Source: an uncultured Methylobacterium sp. (GTDB taxonomy: Bacteria; Pseudomonadota; Alphaproteobacteria; Rhizobiales; Beijerinckiaceae). From it: 64,000 nucleotides of DNA. Of the stretch, positions 1 to 10,338 are shown in pieces (the stretch's first letter is position 1; each line of letters begins with the position of its first letter). Where the stretch lies: positions 31,294 to 95,293 of the forward strand of contig NZ_CAXTBY010000003.1 in NCBI RefSeq assembly GCF_964242245.1. The letters are read 5' to 3'. The notes beneath the pieces were generated by a model. The model did no database searches and had not been told where the DNA came from. It worked only from the letters and a program-made list of their open reading frames with translations. The translations under genes and the position numbers were made by a program.

Positions 1-46
1 CGGAGCCTCGTCTCCGTTGCGTCCGAACGGGTGCCTGCCTCGATGA
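1..46 (+). CDS. 3' end of an ORF running off the left window edge (possibly bioF; not verifiable)
   Basis: The frame ending at TGA 44-46 is open from the window edge (..GASSPLRPNGCLPR*). Its stop overlaps the ATG at 43 (ATGA), the usual coupling in bio operons. Too short to identify. Confidence 0.25.
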   Translation, partial: GASSPLRPNGCLPR

Positions 47-711
47 CCCGAACCGTCTTCATCGCCGGCGCCGGCACCGGGATCGGCAAGACCTACGTCA
101 CGGCCGCCCTCGTGCGCCGGCTGCGCGCCGCCGACCGCTCCGTCCGGGCGCTCAAGCCGGTGACGAGCGGCGTACCGGCGCTCGACGATCCGGCCTTCGC
201 CGACAGCGACACCGCGCGTTTGCTCGCGGCGCAGGGGATCGCGCCGACGGCGGAGGCCGTCGCGGCCTGCTCGCCCTGGCGCTTCGCCGCGGCGCTCGCG
301 CCTGATCAGGCCGCCGCGCTCGAGGGACGGAGCCTCGCCCTGTCGGACCTCGCGCGCTGGTGCCGCGCGCGGATCGAGGAGACCAGCAATATCCTGCTGA
401 TCGAGGGCGTCGGCGGGCTGATGAGCCCGGTCACCGCCGACGCCACCGGGCTCGACTGGCTCCGCGCCCTCGCATGCCCCGCGCTCCTCGTCGCGGGCAG
501 CTACCTCGGCGGGATCAGCCATGCGCTAACCGCTTACGAGACCTGCCGCGCCCACGGCGTTCCCGTCCTCGCGCTCGTCGTCAGCGAGAGCCTCGGCGCG
601 CCGGCCCCGGCCGCCGTCGTGGCCGACGCGATCCGGCGCCGGGTCTCGGCTCCGGTGATGGCCCTCGGACGCGGGCAGCCCTGCCCCGAGGCGCTCGCCG
701 CCCTGGTGTGA
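43..711 (+). CDS. bioD: dethiobiotin synthase
   Basis: The N-terminus TVFIAGAGTGIGKTYVTAAL is the BioD P-loop, and size fits. ATG 43 is preferred over the track start GTG 31 because of the ATGA overlap with the upstream ORF. Confidence 0.85.
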   Translation: MTRTVFIAGAGTGIGKTYVTAALVRRLRAADRSVRALKPVTSGVPALDDPAFADSDTARLLAAQGIAPTAEAVAACSPWRFAAALAPDQAAALEGRSLALSDLARWCRARIEETSNILLIEGVGGLMSPVTADATGLDWLRALACPALLVAGSYLGGISHALTAYETCRAHGVPVLALVVSESLGAPAPAAVVADAIRRRVSAPVMALGRGQPCPEALAALV

Positions 712-1032
712 CGCCGGGACGGGTCAGAACCCCGGATCGTCGATCGGATGTGTCACGGCGCGCGCCGGCGATGAGACCTGACCTCTCAGGTCATCCCCGT
801 CGAAACGATTGGACAGGATGCTCAGTCGATCTCGACCATCACGGTCGCGCTCTGCGGGATCGTGCCGCCGCCGACCGAGGTGGCGCAGGCGATGACGTCG
901 CCCGGTTGTCGAGGCCCCCCGGCAGCGGGAACATAAACCCGGCCCGCACCGTTCGACCATGCCGAGGATGATCATGCTTGGCGGCACAGCCGTGAAGCCG
1001 GGCCGCGATGTCGTTCTCGCAGGGAGGATTCC

Positions 1033-1245
1033 ATGAGCAGCACCACCGACAAGATCAAGGGTCTGGCCAACGAGGCCGTGGGCAACGTCAAGCAGGGGGT
1101 CGGCGAGGCTGCCGGCAACGAGAAGCTGCAGGCCGAGGGTAAGGCTCAGGAACTCAAGGGCGATGCCCAGAAGACCGTCGGCGATGCCAAGGATGGCGTG
1201 AAGAACGCCGCGCAGGGTGCGGCCGACGCCGTCAAGAAGATCTGA
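1033..1245 (+). CDS. CsbD-family stress-response protein
   Basis: 70 aa. Sequence [41 protein letters not shown] is typical of CsbD. A GGGAGG Shine-Dalgarno lies just upstream of the ATG. Confidence 0.85.
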   Translation: MSSTTDKIKGLANEAVGNVKQGVGEAAGNEKLQAEGKAQELKGDAQKTVGDAKDGVKNAAQGAADAVKKI

Positions 1246-1611
1246 TGCTCTCCGTGCTCCGGTCGGCGGCGCCCCACAGCGCTTCGGCCGTAGCATTGAG
1301 AGGCCATGGGGCCGGTCTCGCGCCGCGCTCGCGCGGTGCGGTGGAACGTGAGCCGGGATCGGACCTTGGGTGACATCCCCGAGCCTCACGGCCGGCCAAT
1401 TCCGCAGCGCTCCGGAGTTGATCCTCGATCGATTCGCTCGGCCACGGTGGACCGGTTCGGTTTCGGAGAAGCCCCCTTCGCTGCGCCGACCGGCATCGCT
1501 ACGCTCGAAAATGGTCTAGGTAGGCTCGGACCGGGTTCACGCTCTGACTCGACCGATGGTCGAGAGATCAAGGCCCGAGGGACCTGAGACGAAGACACCC
1601 GAGACGAGGCC

Positions 1612-2775
1612 ATGACCGGCTCCAGCACCCCGACCCAGGCCCTGACACGGCCCGCCTCGCAACTCGTGACGATCTTCGGGGGCTCCGGCTTCCTCGGTCG
1701 GCACGTGGTGCGGGCGCTGGCCAAGCGCGGCTACCGCATCCGTGTCGCGGTGCGCCGACCGGACCTCGCCCTGTTCCTCCAGCCCCTCGGCAAGGTCGGG
1801 CAGATCGTGGCGGTCCAGGCCAACCTGCGCTATCCCGACTCCGTCGTCCGTGCCGTCGCCGGGGCGGACGTGGTGATCAACCTCGTGGGCATCCTGCAGG
1901 AGGCCGGCACCCAGAGCTTCTCGCGATTGCAGGCGGATGGCCCGGGCGAGATCGCGCAGGCCGCGGCGTCCGCGGGCGCGGCGATGATCCACGTTTCGGC
2001 GATCGGCGCCGACGCGGCATCCGAGTCGCGATACGCCCGCACGAAGGCCGAGGGCGAGGCCGGCGTCCTCGCCGCGTGCCCCGGCGCCGTGATCTTCCGG
2101 CCATCGCTTGTGTTCGGTCCGGGCGACAGCTTCTTCAACCGCTTCGCCAGCCTCGCCCGCCTGTTGCCGGTGCTGCCGCTCGCCGGGGCGCAGTCGCGCT
2201 TCCAGCCGGTGTTCGTCGGCGACGTGGCCGAGGCGATCGCGCGGGCCGCCGAGGGCCGCGTGCCCGGCGGCAAGGTCTACGAACTCGGCGGACCCGAGAT
2301 CGCGACCCTGGAGCACCTCGTCCGCTATATGCTGAGGACGATCATGCGCCGGCGCGTCGTCCTCTCCCTGCCGCTGCCGCTGGCGAAGATCCAGGCCCGC
2401 GCCATGGAACTCGCCGACACCCTCACGCTCGGGCTCCTGCCGGAGAACCTGAAGCTCACCCGCGATCAGGTTGTCCTGCTCCAGAACGACAACGTCGTGT
2501 CGGACTTGGCGATCGCGGAGGGGCGGACCTTCGCGGGTCTCGGCATCCAGCCGACCGCGGCCGAGGCCGTGGTGCCGGGCTACCTCTGGCCCTTCCGCAA
2601 GGCCGGCCAGTTCGCCGAAGGGCGCGGCGACGAGAGCCAGGCGGAGGTGCCCGACACGATCGCTCCCGTGCCGATGGGCGAGGGCTCGCAGCATCGCCCG
2701 ATGCGCGCTTCCGGGCCGGCGATCGGGGCCGATGCCGGCGCCGGACCGGGCCAACGGTGGGGGACCCGCAAGTAG
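1612..2775 (+). CDS. NAD(P)-binding NDUFA9-like / NmrA-type epimerase-dehydratase family protein
   Basis: 387 aa. N-terminal Rossmann motif VTIFGGSGFLGRHVVRAL. The long antisense ORFs across it are GC artefacts. Confidence 0.75.
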   Translation: MTGSSTPTQALTRPASQLVTIFGGSGFLGRHVVRALAKRGYRIRVAVRRPDLALFLQPLGKVGQIVAVQANLRYPDSVVRAVAGADVVINLVGILQEAGTQSFSRLQADGPGEIAQAAASAGAAMIHVSAIGADAASESRYARTKAEGEAGVLAACPGAVIFRPSLVFGPGDSFFNRFASLARLLPVLPLAGAQSRFQPVFVGDVAEAIARAAEGRVPGGKVYELGGPEIATLEHLVRYMLRTIMRRRVVLSLPLPLAKIQARAMELADTLTLGLLPENLKLTRDQVVLLQNDNVVSDLAIAEGRTFAGLGIQPTAAEAVVPGYLWPFRKAGQFAEGRGDESQAEVPDTIAPVPMGEGSQHRPMRASGPAIGADAGAGPGQRWGTRK

Positions 2776-2790
2776 GCGCGCCCGGACGCT

Positions 2791-3501
2791 CTACCGGATG
2801 CGCTCCCGCGCGACGGGCGACGGAAGACGGCGTGACAGGCCCTTGTGGACGTGGACCATCAGCGCGATTCCGAAGAGCGGGGTCAGGAGGTTGACCACGG
2901 GCACCACCATCATCCCGGCGAGCAGGCATCCCGCCCCCAGGGTCGTCGCCGGGTGCGCACGGCGCATGGCGTTGGCCTCCGCCAGCGGCCGGAACCGGGC
3001 GGCCGCCATCTCGAAGTATTCCCGCGCGAGCAGGTAGGCGTTGGCCGAGAAGAACGCCGCGATGCCGACGACCGGCAGGAAGAACACGACCAGCGCCGCG
3101 AGGTTCACGAGCAGGGTGAGACCGGCAAACCGCAGCGCGTAGAGCATCGCCGTTCCCCAGGGCATGGGCCGGCCGGGCGGCTCGTTCGGGAAGTCGGTGC
3201 CCTCGACGATCGCGGCGGCCTCGTCGAGGAAGAAGCCCGCCACCAGGATCGACACCGCCGGCATGACGTAGGCCAGCGCCACGAACAGTCCGAAGCCGGC
3301 CAGGAAGTAGGCGAGGCCGTCGAGCAGCGGGTACTGCTCGGAGATGTGATGGCTCGCCTGGAACCACTGGATCAGCCGCGTCATTCCGATCCAGGCGAGG
3401 AGCAGGAGGCCGAGCGTGAGGCCGAGCGACTTCCACAGGATCGCCCGCAACGGCGGCGAGAAGGTCTGACGCAGGGCCGCGAGCGCCGCCTGGATGAGCA
3501 T
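2791..3501 (-). CDS. CysZ/EI24-like integral membrane protein
   Basis: 236 aa with multiple hydrophobic helices. N-terminus LRQTFSPPLRAILWKSLGLTLGLLLLAW resembles the CysZ/EI24 (DUF540) family. The family call is from memory. Confidence 0.6.
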   Translation of the reverse strand: MLIQAALAALRQTFSPPLRAILWKSLGLTLGLLLLAWIGMTRLIQWFQASHHISEQYPLLDGLAYFLAGFGLFVALAYVMPAVSILVAGFFLDEAAAIVEGTDFPNEPPGRPMPWGTAMLYALRFAGLTLLVNLAALVVFFLPVVGIAAFFSANAYLLAREYFEMAAARFRPLAEANAMRRAHPATTLGAGCLLAGMMVVPVVNLLTPLFGIALMVHVHKGLSRRLPSPVARERIR

Positions 3502-3657
3502 GCCGAGTTCCCGTATCCCGCCGTCGTGCGGCGCCCCGCGGTTGTGGCGTCGGCCCTGGTCCGCCGCAAGGCTCCCCGAAGCCGCCGCGTCGCGCCGGAA
3601 CGCCCGTGCGGCACCCTGCTCGATGACCGCCCGTCACGCGAGGAGCCCGGCCCGCGC

Positions 3658-4986
3658 ATGAGTCCAGCCTCGCGTAAACCGGCCGCGCATGCCCGCTTCG
3701 CCCCGAGTCTCGTGCCCCGCCTCGCGCCCCTGCCCGCCGCGCCGGAGGTGATCGTGGTGGGCGCGGGTGCGGCGGGAATCGCGGCCGCGCGCACCCTCCT
3801 GGGGCGCGGCGTGTCGGTCGCGGTCCTGGAGGCGCGCGGTCGCGTCGGCGGCCGCACCGTCACGACGATGCTGCGGGGGCACCCCATCGACCTCGGCGCG
3901 CACTGGCTCCACGCCGGGCCGATCAACCCGCTGGTGCATCTCGGCCGGGCCCGGGGCGAGCCCCTGCGCCGGGCCGCCCAGGAGGGCCATGTCTGGGTCG
4001 GCCGCCGGCCCGGCCGCGCGGCGGAGGCCGCGGCGTCGGCGCGGGCCTTCGACCTCGCCGACCGGGCGATGACGCGGGGCGCCGCCACTGAGGGTCCGGA
4101 CCGCGCCGCCGCGCGTGCCCTGCCCCGCAGCCTCGGCCCCTGGGGCGCCCGCGTCGCACGGGTGCACGGGCTCGTTTCGGGCCGGCCGCTGGAGGAGGTC
4201 TCGCTCCACGATTTCCCGAGCATGGAGTACGGCGACAACGTCTTCATTGCGGGCGGCTACGGCGGCTACCTCGCGCGGCTGGCGCAAGGCCTGCCGATCG
4301 CCCTGTCGAGTCCCGTCGCGCGCATCGATTGGACGGGCGTCGGCGTCCGGGTCGAGACGGCGGACGGGCGGCGCCTATCGGCGCGGGCCGTCATCGTCAC
4401 CGCGCCGGTGATGGTCCTGCGCACCGGGCTCGGCTTCACCCCCGCCCTCCCCGAGCCGGTTCGCCGAGCGATCGACGGATTCTCGACCGGGATCTACGAG
4501 CACGCGGTGCTGCACTGGCCGTCGAGCCCCTTCCGGGGCCGGGACCGGCTCGCGTCGCTGGTCGGCGGCCGGCTGAGCCCGCCGGGGCTGCTGACCCGGA
4601 TCGACGGCACGCCGTTTCACTACTTCGAGCTGGATTCCGGCAGCGCCGCGCTGATCGACGCGGCCGGGACCGGCGCGGACGGCGTGCGCCGCCGCGTGCG
4701 GGCGACGCTCGCCGCGCATTTCGGGCCCACGCGCCTGCGCGACCTGTCCATCCCCGCGGTCAGCGAGTGGCGCCACGATCCGTGGTCGCAGGGGTCGTGG
4801 GCGGTCGTGCCGCCGGGCCATGCGCCGGCGCGGCAGGTCCTCCACGCACCGGTCGGCGGGAAGATCTGGTTTGCGGGTGAGGCCCTGTCGCGCCTGCAAT
4901 GGGGCACCACGGGGGGCGCCTATGCGGAGGGCGCGCGGGCGGCCGAGGCGGTCGCCGGGCGTATCCGGATGGGCACAGCCGCCTGA
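3658..4986 (+). CDS. FAD-dependent amine oxidase (flavin monoamine oxidase family)
   Basis: Dinucleotide-binding motif VIVVGAGAAGIAAARTLLGRGVSVAVLEARGRVGGR near the ATG at 3658. The track ORF 2845-4986 has 271 extra N-terminal codons that are antisense to the CysZ-like gene. Confidence 0.75.
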   Translation: MSPASRKPAAHARFAPSLVPRLAPLPAAPEVIVVGAGAAGIAAARTLLGRGVSVAVLEARGRVGGRTVTTMLRGHPIDLGAHWLHAGPINPLVHLGRARGEPLRRAAQEGHVWVGRRPGRAAEAAASARAFDLADRAMTRGAATEGPDRAAARALPRSLGPWGARVARVHGLVSGRPLEEVSLHDFPSMEYGDNVFIAGGYGGYLARLAQGLPIALSSPVARIDWTGVGVRVETADGRRLSARAVIVTAPVMVLRTGLGFTPALPEPVRRAIDGFSTGIYEHAVLHWPSSPFRGRDRLASLVGGRLSPPGLLTRIDGTPFHYFELDSGSAALIDAAGTGADGVRRRVRATLAAHFGPTRLRDLSIPAVSEWRHDPWSQGSWAVVPPGHAPARQVLHAPVGGKIWFAGEALSRLQWGTTGGAYAEGARAAEAVAGRIRMGTAA

Positions 4987-4991
4987 CGAAG

Positions 4992-5714
4992 ATGGCGCGG
5001 GACGCTCTCCTCGCCTTGCGGACGGCGCGAAAACGCGATGCATCAGACGCCACGGCGTTCGCGGCCAGGAGTGGTGTCATGGATTGGGTCGAGGGCATCG
5101 GCTATCTCGGGACGGCGCTGACCATCTCCGCCTCGGCGATGAGCACGATGATCCCCCTGCGGATCATCTCGCTGGTCGCCAGCGCCGCGGTCATCACCTA
5201 CGGGGTCATGATCGGCAGCCTGCCGGTGGTGCTCACCGAGGCGATCCAGATCCCGTTCAACGCCTTCCGTCTCTGGCAGATGGTTCGCCTCGTGCGCGAC
5301 GTGGAGATCGCGGCCGACGGCGATCTCTCCCTGGACTGGCTCAAGCCCTACGGCACCGAGCGTCGCTTCACCGAAGGCGCCAGCCTGTTCGCCAAGGGCG
5401 AGGCGGCGGCTGCGATGTACTACGTGGTGAGCGGCTGCTTCCGCATCCCGGAATACGGGATCGACGTGCGGGCCGGCGGCATCGTCGGCGAACTCGGGCT
5501 GCTCTCGCCGGGCAACAGGCGCACGGCCTCGCTCGTGTGCACGGAGGACGGCCGGGCCCTGGAGGTGCCCTACTCCGCAGTCAAGCAACTCTACTACCAG
5601 AACCCCGAATTCGGGTTCAGCTTCCTGAAGCTCACGAGCGAGCGGCTCTTCCAGAGCGCCGCCGCGTCGGCTGCTGCCGCCCGTCCCCTCCCGGCCGGCG
5701 GCGAGGTGCTGTGA
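4992..5714 (+). CDS. membrane protein with C-terminal cyclic-nucleotide-binding (Crp-like) domain
   Basis: Two to three N-terminal hydrophobic helices, then FAKGEAAAAMYYVVSGCFRI..GGIVGELGLLSPGNRRTASLV, a cNMP-binding beta-roll signature. Start is uncertain (ATG 4992 or ATG 5079). Confidence 0.65.
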   Translation: MARDALLALRTARKRDASDATAFAARSGVMDWVEGIGYLGTALTISASAMSTMIPLRIISLVASAAVITYGVMIGSLPVVLTEAIQIPFNAFRLWQMVRLVRDVEIAADGDLSLDWLKPYGTERRFTEGASLFAKGEAAAAMYYVVSGCFRIPEYGIDVRAGGIVGELGLLSPGNRRTASLVCTEDGRALEVPYSAVKQLYYQNPEFGFSFLKLTSERLFQSAAASAAAARPLPAGGEVL

Positions 5715-5717
5715 TCC

Positions 5718-6722
5718 TCAGAGCATGCTCGGCAGGATGCGGTCGGGCGGGCGGTGACCGTCCATGAAGGTCTTGATGTTGATGATGACCTTCTCGCCCA
5801 TGTCGATCCGGCTCTCGAACGTCGCCGAGCCCATGTGCGGCAGCAGCACGACCTTGCCGGTGCGCGCCAGCTTGATCAGGCGCGGGCTCACCGCCGGCTC
5901 CTGCTCGAACACGTCGAGGCCGGCGGCCGAGATCTCGCCGGCCTCGATCAGGCGGGCGAGCGCGTTCTCGTCGATCACCTCGCCGCGGGCGGTGTTGACC
6001 ACGATCGCCTCGGGCTTCAGCAGCTTGAGGCGCCGGGCCGAGAGCAGGTGGTAGGTCGCCGGCGTGTGCGGGCAGTTCGTCGAGACGATGTCGACGCGGG
6101 CCAGCATCTGGTCGAGCGATTCCCAGTAGGTCGCCTCGAGCCCCGCCTCGATCGCGGCCGGGACCCGGCGGCGATTGTGGTAGTGGATCTGCAGCCCGAA
6201 CGCCTTCGCGCGGCGGGCGAGCGCCTGCCCGATCCGGCCCATGCCGACGATGCCCAGGCGCTTGCCGGTGATGCGGCGCCCGAGCATCCACGTCGGCGAC
6301 CAGCCCGTGGTCCAGTCGTCGTCGGGGATGATGCGGGCGCCCTCCGTCACCCGGCGGGCGACGGCGAGGATCAGCGCCATGGTCATGTCGGCGGTGTCCT
6401 CGGTCAGCACGCCGGGGGTGTTGGTCACGGTGATGCCGCGCTCCAGCGCCCCGCCGACATCGATGTGGTCGACGCCGTTGCCGAAGTTGGCGATCAGCCG
6501 CAGGTTCGGTCCTGCCTGGGCGAGGAGCCCGGAATCGATCTTGTCGGTGACGGTCGGGACCAGCACGTCCGCCTCGCGGATCGCGGCCGTGAGCGCCTCG
6601 CCCGAGAGCGGAGCGTCGTCGTGGTTCAGGCGCGCGTCGAACAGCTCGCGCATGCGCGTCTCGACGGCGTCCGGCAGGCGTCGCGTCACGACGACGAGCG
6701 GCTTGCGCTTCAGCGACATCAT
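5718..6722 (-). CDS. D-isomer-specific 2-hydroxyacid dehydrogenase (glyoxylate/hydroxypyruvate reductase-like)
   Basis: 334 aa. NAD motif GKRLGIVGMGRIGQALARRAKAFG, the RGEVIDE motif and a catalytic His in LLPHMGSAT. Confidence 0.85.
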   Translation of the reverse strand: MMSLKRKPLVVVTRRLPDAVETRMRELFDARLNHDDAPLSGEALTAAIREADVLVPTVTDKIDSGLLAQAGPNLRLIANFGNGVDHIDVGGALERGITVTNTPGVLTEDTADMTMALILAVARRVTEGARIIPDDDWTTGWSPTWMLGRRITGKRLGIVGMGRIGQALARRAKAFGLQIHYHNRRRVPAAIEAGLEATYWESLDQMLARVDIVSTNCPHTPATYHLLSARRLKLLKPEAIVVNTARGEVIDENALARLIEAGEISAAGLDVFEQEPAVSPRLIKLARTGKVVLLPHMGSATFESRIDMGEKVIINIKTFMDGHRPPDRILPSML

Positions 6723-6959
6723 CCCTCCCTACAGACAGTTCCGCCGGTCCGATGCCGCCCGTGGCCGCACCGCGTCGCGGGGCCGGCCCCGGCTTCAAGC
6801 TCCGTTAACCGAGGTCCGCCAGACAGGAGCGGCCGGCATCCGGCCTCTCTAGCAGAGCGAGGCCGGAACACAATCGGGCGCGCCGGACGGCGGACACGAT
6901 CGCCCGGCGCACGGATTTCCCTCAACGGGACATGCGCGATGGGACATGGGAGACGGACG

Positions 6960-7511
6960 ATGCGGATGGCTCGGCTCTTCCTTGCAGGCGCCGCTCTCCT
7001 CGCACTCCCGGCGCAGGCCGCACAGACGGCCGGCGGTCCGCCGGAGACCGGGACGGGCCCGGTCACCAAGCTGCCCCTGCCGCGCTATGCCAGCCTGAAG
7101 ACCGACCGCGTCAACCTGCGCGAGGGTCCGTCGAAGGACCATCGCACCCTGTGGGTGTTCCAGCGTGCCGGGCTTCCGGTGGAGATCGTTGCCGAGTTCG
7201 AGACGTGGCGCCGCATTCGAGACTCGGAGGGGACGGAAGGATGGGTGCTGCACTCGCTCCTCTCCGGCCGCCGCACGGCGGTGGTGACGGCGAGCCAGGG
7301 CCCGAACAAGGGCGCGGTCCCGCTGCGGGCGCGGGCGGACGATGGTGCCGCGGACGAGGCGCGCCTGGAGGCCGGCGTGATCGGCAGCGTCAAGGGCTGT
7401 TCCGGGTCGTGGTGCCGCCTCGTCGTCGCCCTGCCCTCGAAGCAGGACGTCGACGGCTACATCCACCAGGACCGGCTCTGGGGCGTCTATCCGAACGAGC
7501 GGGTGGAGTGA
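6960..7511 (+). CDS. secreted SH3-like (DUF1058-type) domain protein
   Basis: Signal peptide MRMARLFLAGAALLALPAQAA, then LPLPRYASLKTDRVNLREGPSKDHRTLWVF..EGWV. This is only the 3' third of track ORF 5754-7511; the remainder is antisense to the dehydrogenase. Confidence 0.7.
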   Translation: MRMARLFLAGAALLALPAQAAQTAGGPPETGTGPVTKLPLPRYASLKTDRVNLREGPSKDHRTLWVFQRAGLPVEIVAEFETWRRIRDSEGTEGWVLHSLLSGRRTAVVTASQGPNKGAVPLRARADDGAADEARLEAGVIGSVKGCSGSWCRLVVALPSKQDVDGYIHQDRLWGVYPNERVE

Positions 7512-7581
7512 GCGCGGGCCCGAACATCACCGAGCCTGCTCTCGCGGCCCGTACCTGAGCGAAGTCCAGTCCAGCCGAGGC

Positions 7582-8094
7582 TCAGCCCGGACGACGAACG
7601 CCCGGGCGTCGCCGCAGGCGTACGATCACCTCGACGCCGGCAATCTCCATGCCGTCGGGCGCCTCGGGGAGAGATTCCACGGTGATGCCGCAATCGGGCA
7701 TGTCCAGCACCTGTCCCTCATCCTCAAGGAAGAAGTGGTGATGCTCGGATGGGTTGGTGTCGAAGTAGGCCTTGGACCCGTCGAGCGCGAGCTGACGCAG
7801 CAGGCCGGCTTCCGTGAACTGATGCAGCGTGTTGTAGACGGTGGCCAGCGAAACCGGCACCTTCGCGCGCATCGCCTCGTCGTAGAGCATCTCGGCGGTC
7901 AGGTGACGGTCGCCGCGGCCGAAGAGCAGCCAGCCGAGGGAGAGGCGCTGTCGGGTAGGCCGGAGACCAGCCCGGCGCAAGCGATCACGGAGGTCCGAGA
8001 GCGGGCAGCCGCGACGTGCGACGCCGGTCGCGTCTCCCGAGAGGGCCGGGATCCGGGCGTTGAGCGCGGCCTGTAAGGACACGAGTTCGGGCAT
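7582..8094 (-). CDS. irr: Fur-family iron response regulator (Irr-like)
   Basis: Fur-family core LRPTRQRLSLGWLLF..HLTAEMLYDEA..VSLATVYNTLHQFTEAGLL plus the HHH motif (PSEHHHFF). Sits divergent from fabA, as in many Rhizobiales. Confidence 0.75.
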   Translation of the reverse strand: MPELVSLQAALNARIPALSGDATGVARRGCPLSDLRDRLRRAGLRPTRQRLSLGWLLFGRGDRHLTAEMLYDEAMRAKVPVSLATVYNTLHQFTEAGLLRQLALDGSKAYFDTNPSEHHHFFLEDEGQVLDMPDCGITVESLPEAPDGMEIAGVEVIVRLRRRPGVRRPG

Positions 8095-8300
8095 CGGCGG
8101 GGCTGAACGCTCGCGGGAGGGTAACGACTGTCCTCATGTATATGGGATCGGGCAACCGGCCGCAACCCGAGGGCTCCCCGAGGCTCTCGTTCAAGCCTCG
8201 CGCTCAAGCTTGGAACGCGCCGTGCCGCTATGCTAACGAGGCCGCGAAGTGCGTGACTCGCGCCATGACGGACCCAGGAACCGAGGACTGATCCGCCTTC

Positions 8301-8840
8301 ATGCCGCTCGATTCCGAACCGACCGCGCCGCGGGTCCCCGCCCGCGCCTCGCATTACTCCTACGAAGAGCTGCTGGCCTGCGGCAGCGGCGAGCTGTTCG
8401 GTGCGGGCAACGCCCAATTGCCGCTGCCGCCGATGCTGATGTTCGACCGCATCACCTCGATCGGCGCCGAGGGCGGCGCGTACGGCAAGGGTCACGTGCT
8501 GGCCGAGTTCGATATCCGGCCCGACCTCTGGTTCTTCCCATGCCACTTCAAGGGCGATCCGGTGATGCCCGGCTGCCTCGGCCTCGATGCTCTCTGGCAG
8601 CTCGTCGGGTTTCATCTCGGCTGGCTCGGCGCGCCTGGACGGGGCCGTGCGCTCGGCGTCGGCGAGGTGAAGTTCACCGATCAGGTGCTGCCGACCGTGG
8701 AGAAAGTCGTCTACGGCATCGACCTGCGACGGGTGCGGACCGGCAAGCTGGTCCTGGGCATCGCCGACGGCTGGCTGGAGGCGGACGGCAAGCGCATCTA
8801 CGAGGCGAAGGATCTGCGCGTCGCCCTGTTCCAGGCATGA
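8301..8840 (+). CDS. fabA: 3-hydroxydecanoyl-ACP dehydratase/isomerase
   Basis: 179 aa with the active-site region [27 protein letters not shown]. Confidence 0.9.
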   Translation: MPLDSEPTAPRVPARASHYSYEELLACGSGELFGAGNAQLPLPPMLMFDRITSIGAEGGAYGKGHVLAEFDIRPDLWFFPCHFKGDPVMPGCLGLDALWQLVGFHLGWLGAPGRGRALGVGEVKFTDQVLPTVEKVVYGIDLRRVRTGKLVLGIADGWLEADGKRIYEAKDLRVALFQA

Positions 8841-8975
8841 CGGGCGGACACGATTCGATGGCATCGCAGGCAACGGGACGCGTCGTCGCCGGTTGAGACT
8901 GGGCCCGCCTCATCCTAGCTGACGCATGCGCGACGCGGGATTCCGGGGCGCATCGCGGTGGAGACAAGTTCGTTC

Positions 8976-10202
8976 ATGCGCCGTGTCGTCGTCACCGGGA
9001 TGGGGATCGTCTCGTCGATCGGAAACAACACGCAGGAGGTGCTCGCGTCGCTGCGCGAGGGCCGCTCGGGCATCGCCCGCGACGAGTCCTATGCCGAGCA
9101 CGGTTTCCGCAGCCAAGTCTCGGGGCGGCCCGATCTCGACCCGGAAGGCCTCGTCGACCGCCGCGCCATGCGCTTCCACGGCGGCGGCACGGCCTGGAAC
9201 CACGTCGCGATGGATCAGGCGATCCGCGACGCCGGGCTGGAGGTGGGCGACATCTCGAACCCGCGCACCGGCATCATCATGGGCTCCGGCGGCCCCTCGA
9301 CGCGCGTGATCGTGGATTCCGCGGCGATCGCCCGCGAGAAGGGCGCGAAGCGCGTCGGCCCGTTCGCGGTGCCGAAGGCGATGTCCTCCACCGCGTCCGC
9401 GACGCTCGCCACGTGGTTCAAGATCAAGGGCGTGAACTACTCGATCTCGTCGGCCTGCGCGACTTCGAATCACTGCATCGGCAACGCCGCCGAGGTCATC
9501 CAGGGCGGCCGCCAGGACATCATCTTCGCCGGCGGCTGCGAGGATCTCGACTGGACCTTGTCCGTGCTGTTCGACGCCATGGGCGCCATGTCGGCGAAGT
9601 ACAACGACACCCCGGCGCGGGCCTCGCGCGCCTACGACGCCAACCGCGACGGCTTCGTCATCGCCGGCGGCGCTGGCGTCCTCGTTCTCGAGGAACGCGA
9701 GCACGCCAAGGCCCGCGGCGCGCGCATCTACGGCGAGATCGCCGGCTACGGGGCGACGTCCGACGGGCACGACATGGTCGCGCCCTCGGGCGAGGGCGCG
9801 GTGCGCTGCATGCGGCAGGCGATCGAGGGTCTGAAGGGCGCGCGGATCGACTACATCAATCCGCACGCGACCTCGACGCCGGTCGGCGACGAGAAGGAGA
9901 TCGAGGCGATCCGCGAGGTCTTCGGCCAGGGCGACGCCTGCCCGCCGATCGCCGCGACGAAGTCCCTGACCGGGCATTCGCTGGGGGCCACCGGCGTGCA
10001 GGAGGCGATCTACGCGCTTCTGATGATGAACAACGGCTTCCTCTGCGGCAGCGCCCACATCGACGACCTCGATCCGGCCTTCGGCGACATGCCGATCCTG
10101 CGCGACCGGCGGGATGGGGTTCGGCTCGGCCACGTGCTGTCGAACTCGTTTGGGTTCGGCGGCACCAACGCGACGCTCGTCCTCAAGAACGTCGATGCCT
10201 GA
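8976..10202 (+). CDS. fabB: beta-ketoacyl-ACP synthase I
   Basis: Starts [17 protein letters not shown]. Active-site Cys in [13 protein letters not shown] and C-terminal [17 protein letters not shown] 8976 is preferred to the track start at 8958. Confidence 0.9.
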   Translation: MRRVVVTGMGIVSSIGNNTQEVLASLREGRSGIARDESYAEHGFRSQVSGRPDLDPEGLVDRRAMRFHGGGTAWNHVAMDQAIRDAGLEVGDISNPRTGIIMGSGGPSTRVIVDSAAIAREKGAKRVGPFAVPKAMSSTASATLATWFKIKGVNYSISSACATSNHCIGNAAEVIQGGRQDIIFAGGCEDLDWTLSVLFDAMGAMSAKYNDTPARASRAYDANRDGFVIAGGAGVLVLEEREHAKARGARIYGEIAGYGATSDGHDMVAPSGEGAVRCMRQAIEGLKGARIDYINPHATSTPVGDEKEIEAIREVFGQGDACPPIAATKSLTGHSLGATGVQEAIYALLMMNNGFLCGSAHIDDLDPAFGDMPILRDRRDGVRLGHVLSNSFGFGGTNATLVLKNVDA

Positions 10203-10338
10203 GCGCTCGCGCGGACACGGCATCCGACGGTATCCGCGCGGAGGTGCGACACCGGATCGCGAAAAGCTTTGGTTAACCTTTAGGAACCCATCCTGCCGGC
10301 CTTGGTTCTCGTGAAGATCCGCCGACGGAGATAAGTGG

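Noticed and set aside
822-962. Coding-looking minus-strand segment ending ..PGDVIACATSVGGGTIPQSATVMVEID*
   Set aside because: G/C-ending codons are strong for about 27 codons. However, the frame is closed by a TGA 47 codons upstream and has no usable start codon. It is probably the 3' remnant of a lost gene, and I do not call it as a feature.
2845-3657. N-terminal 271 codons of the 713-aa ORF 2845-4986
   Set aside because: This part is antisense to the CysZ-like membrane gene and has no amine-oxidase similarity. The FAD-binding motif follows the internal ATG at 3658.
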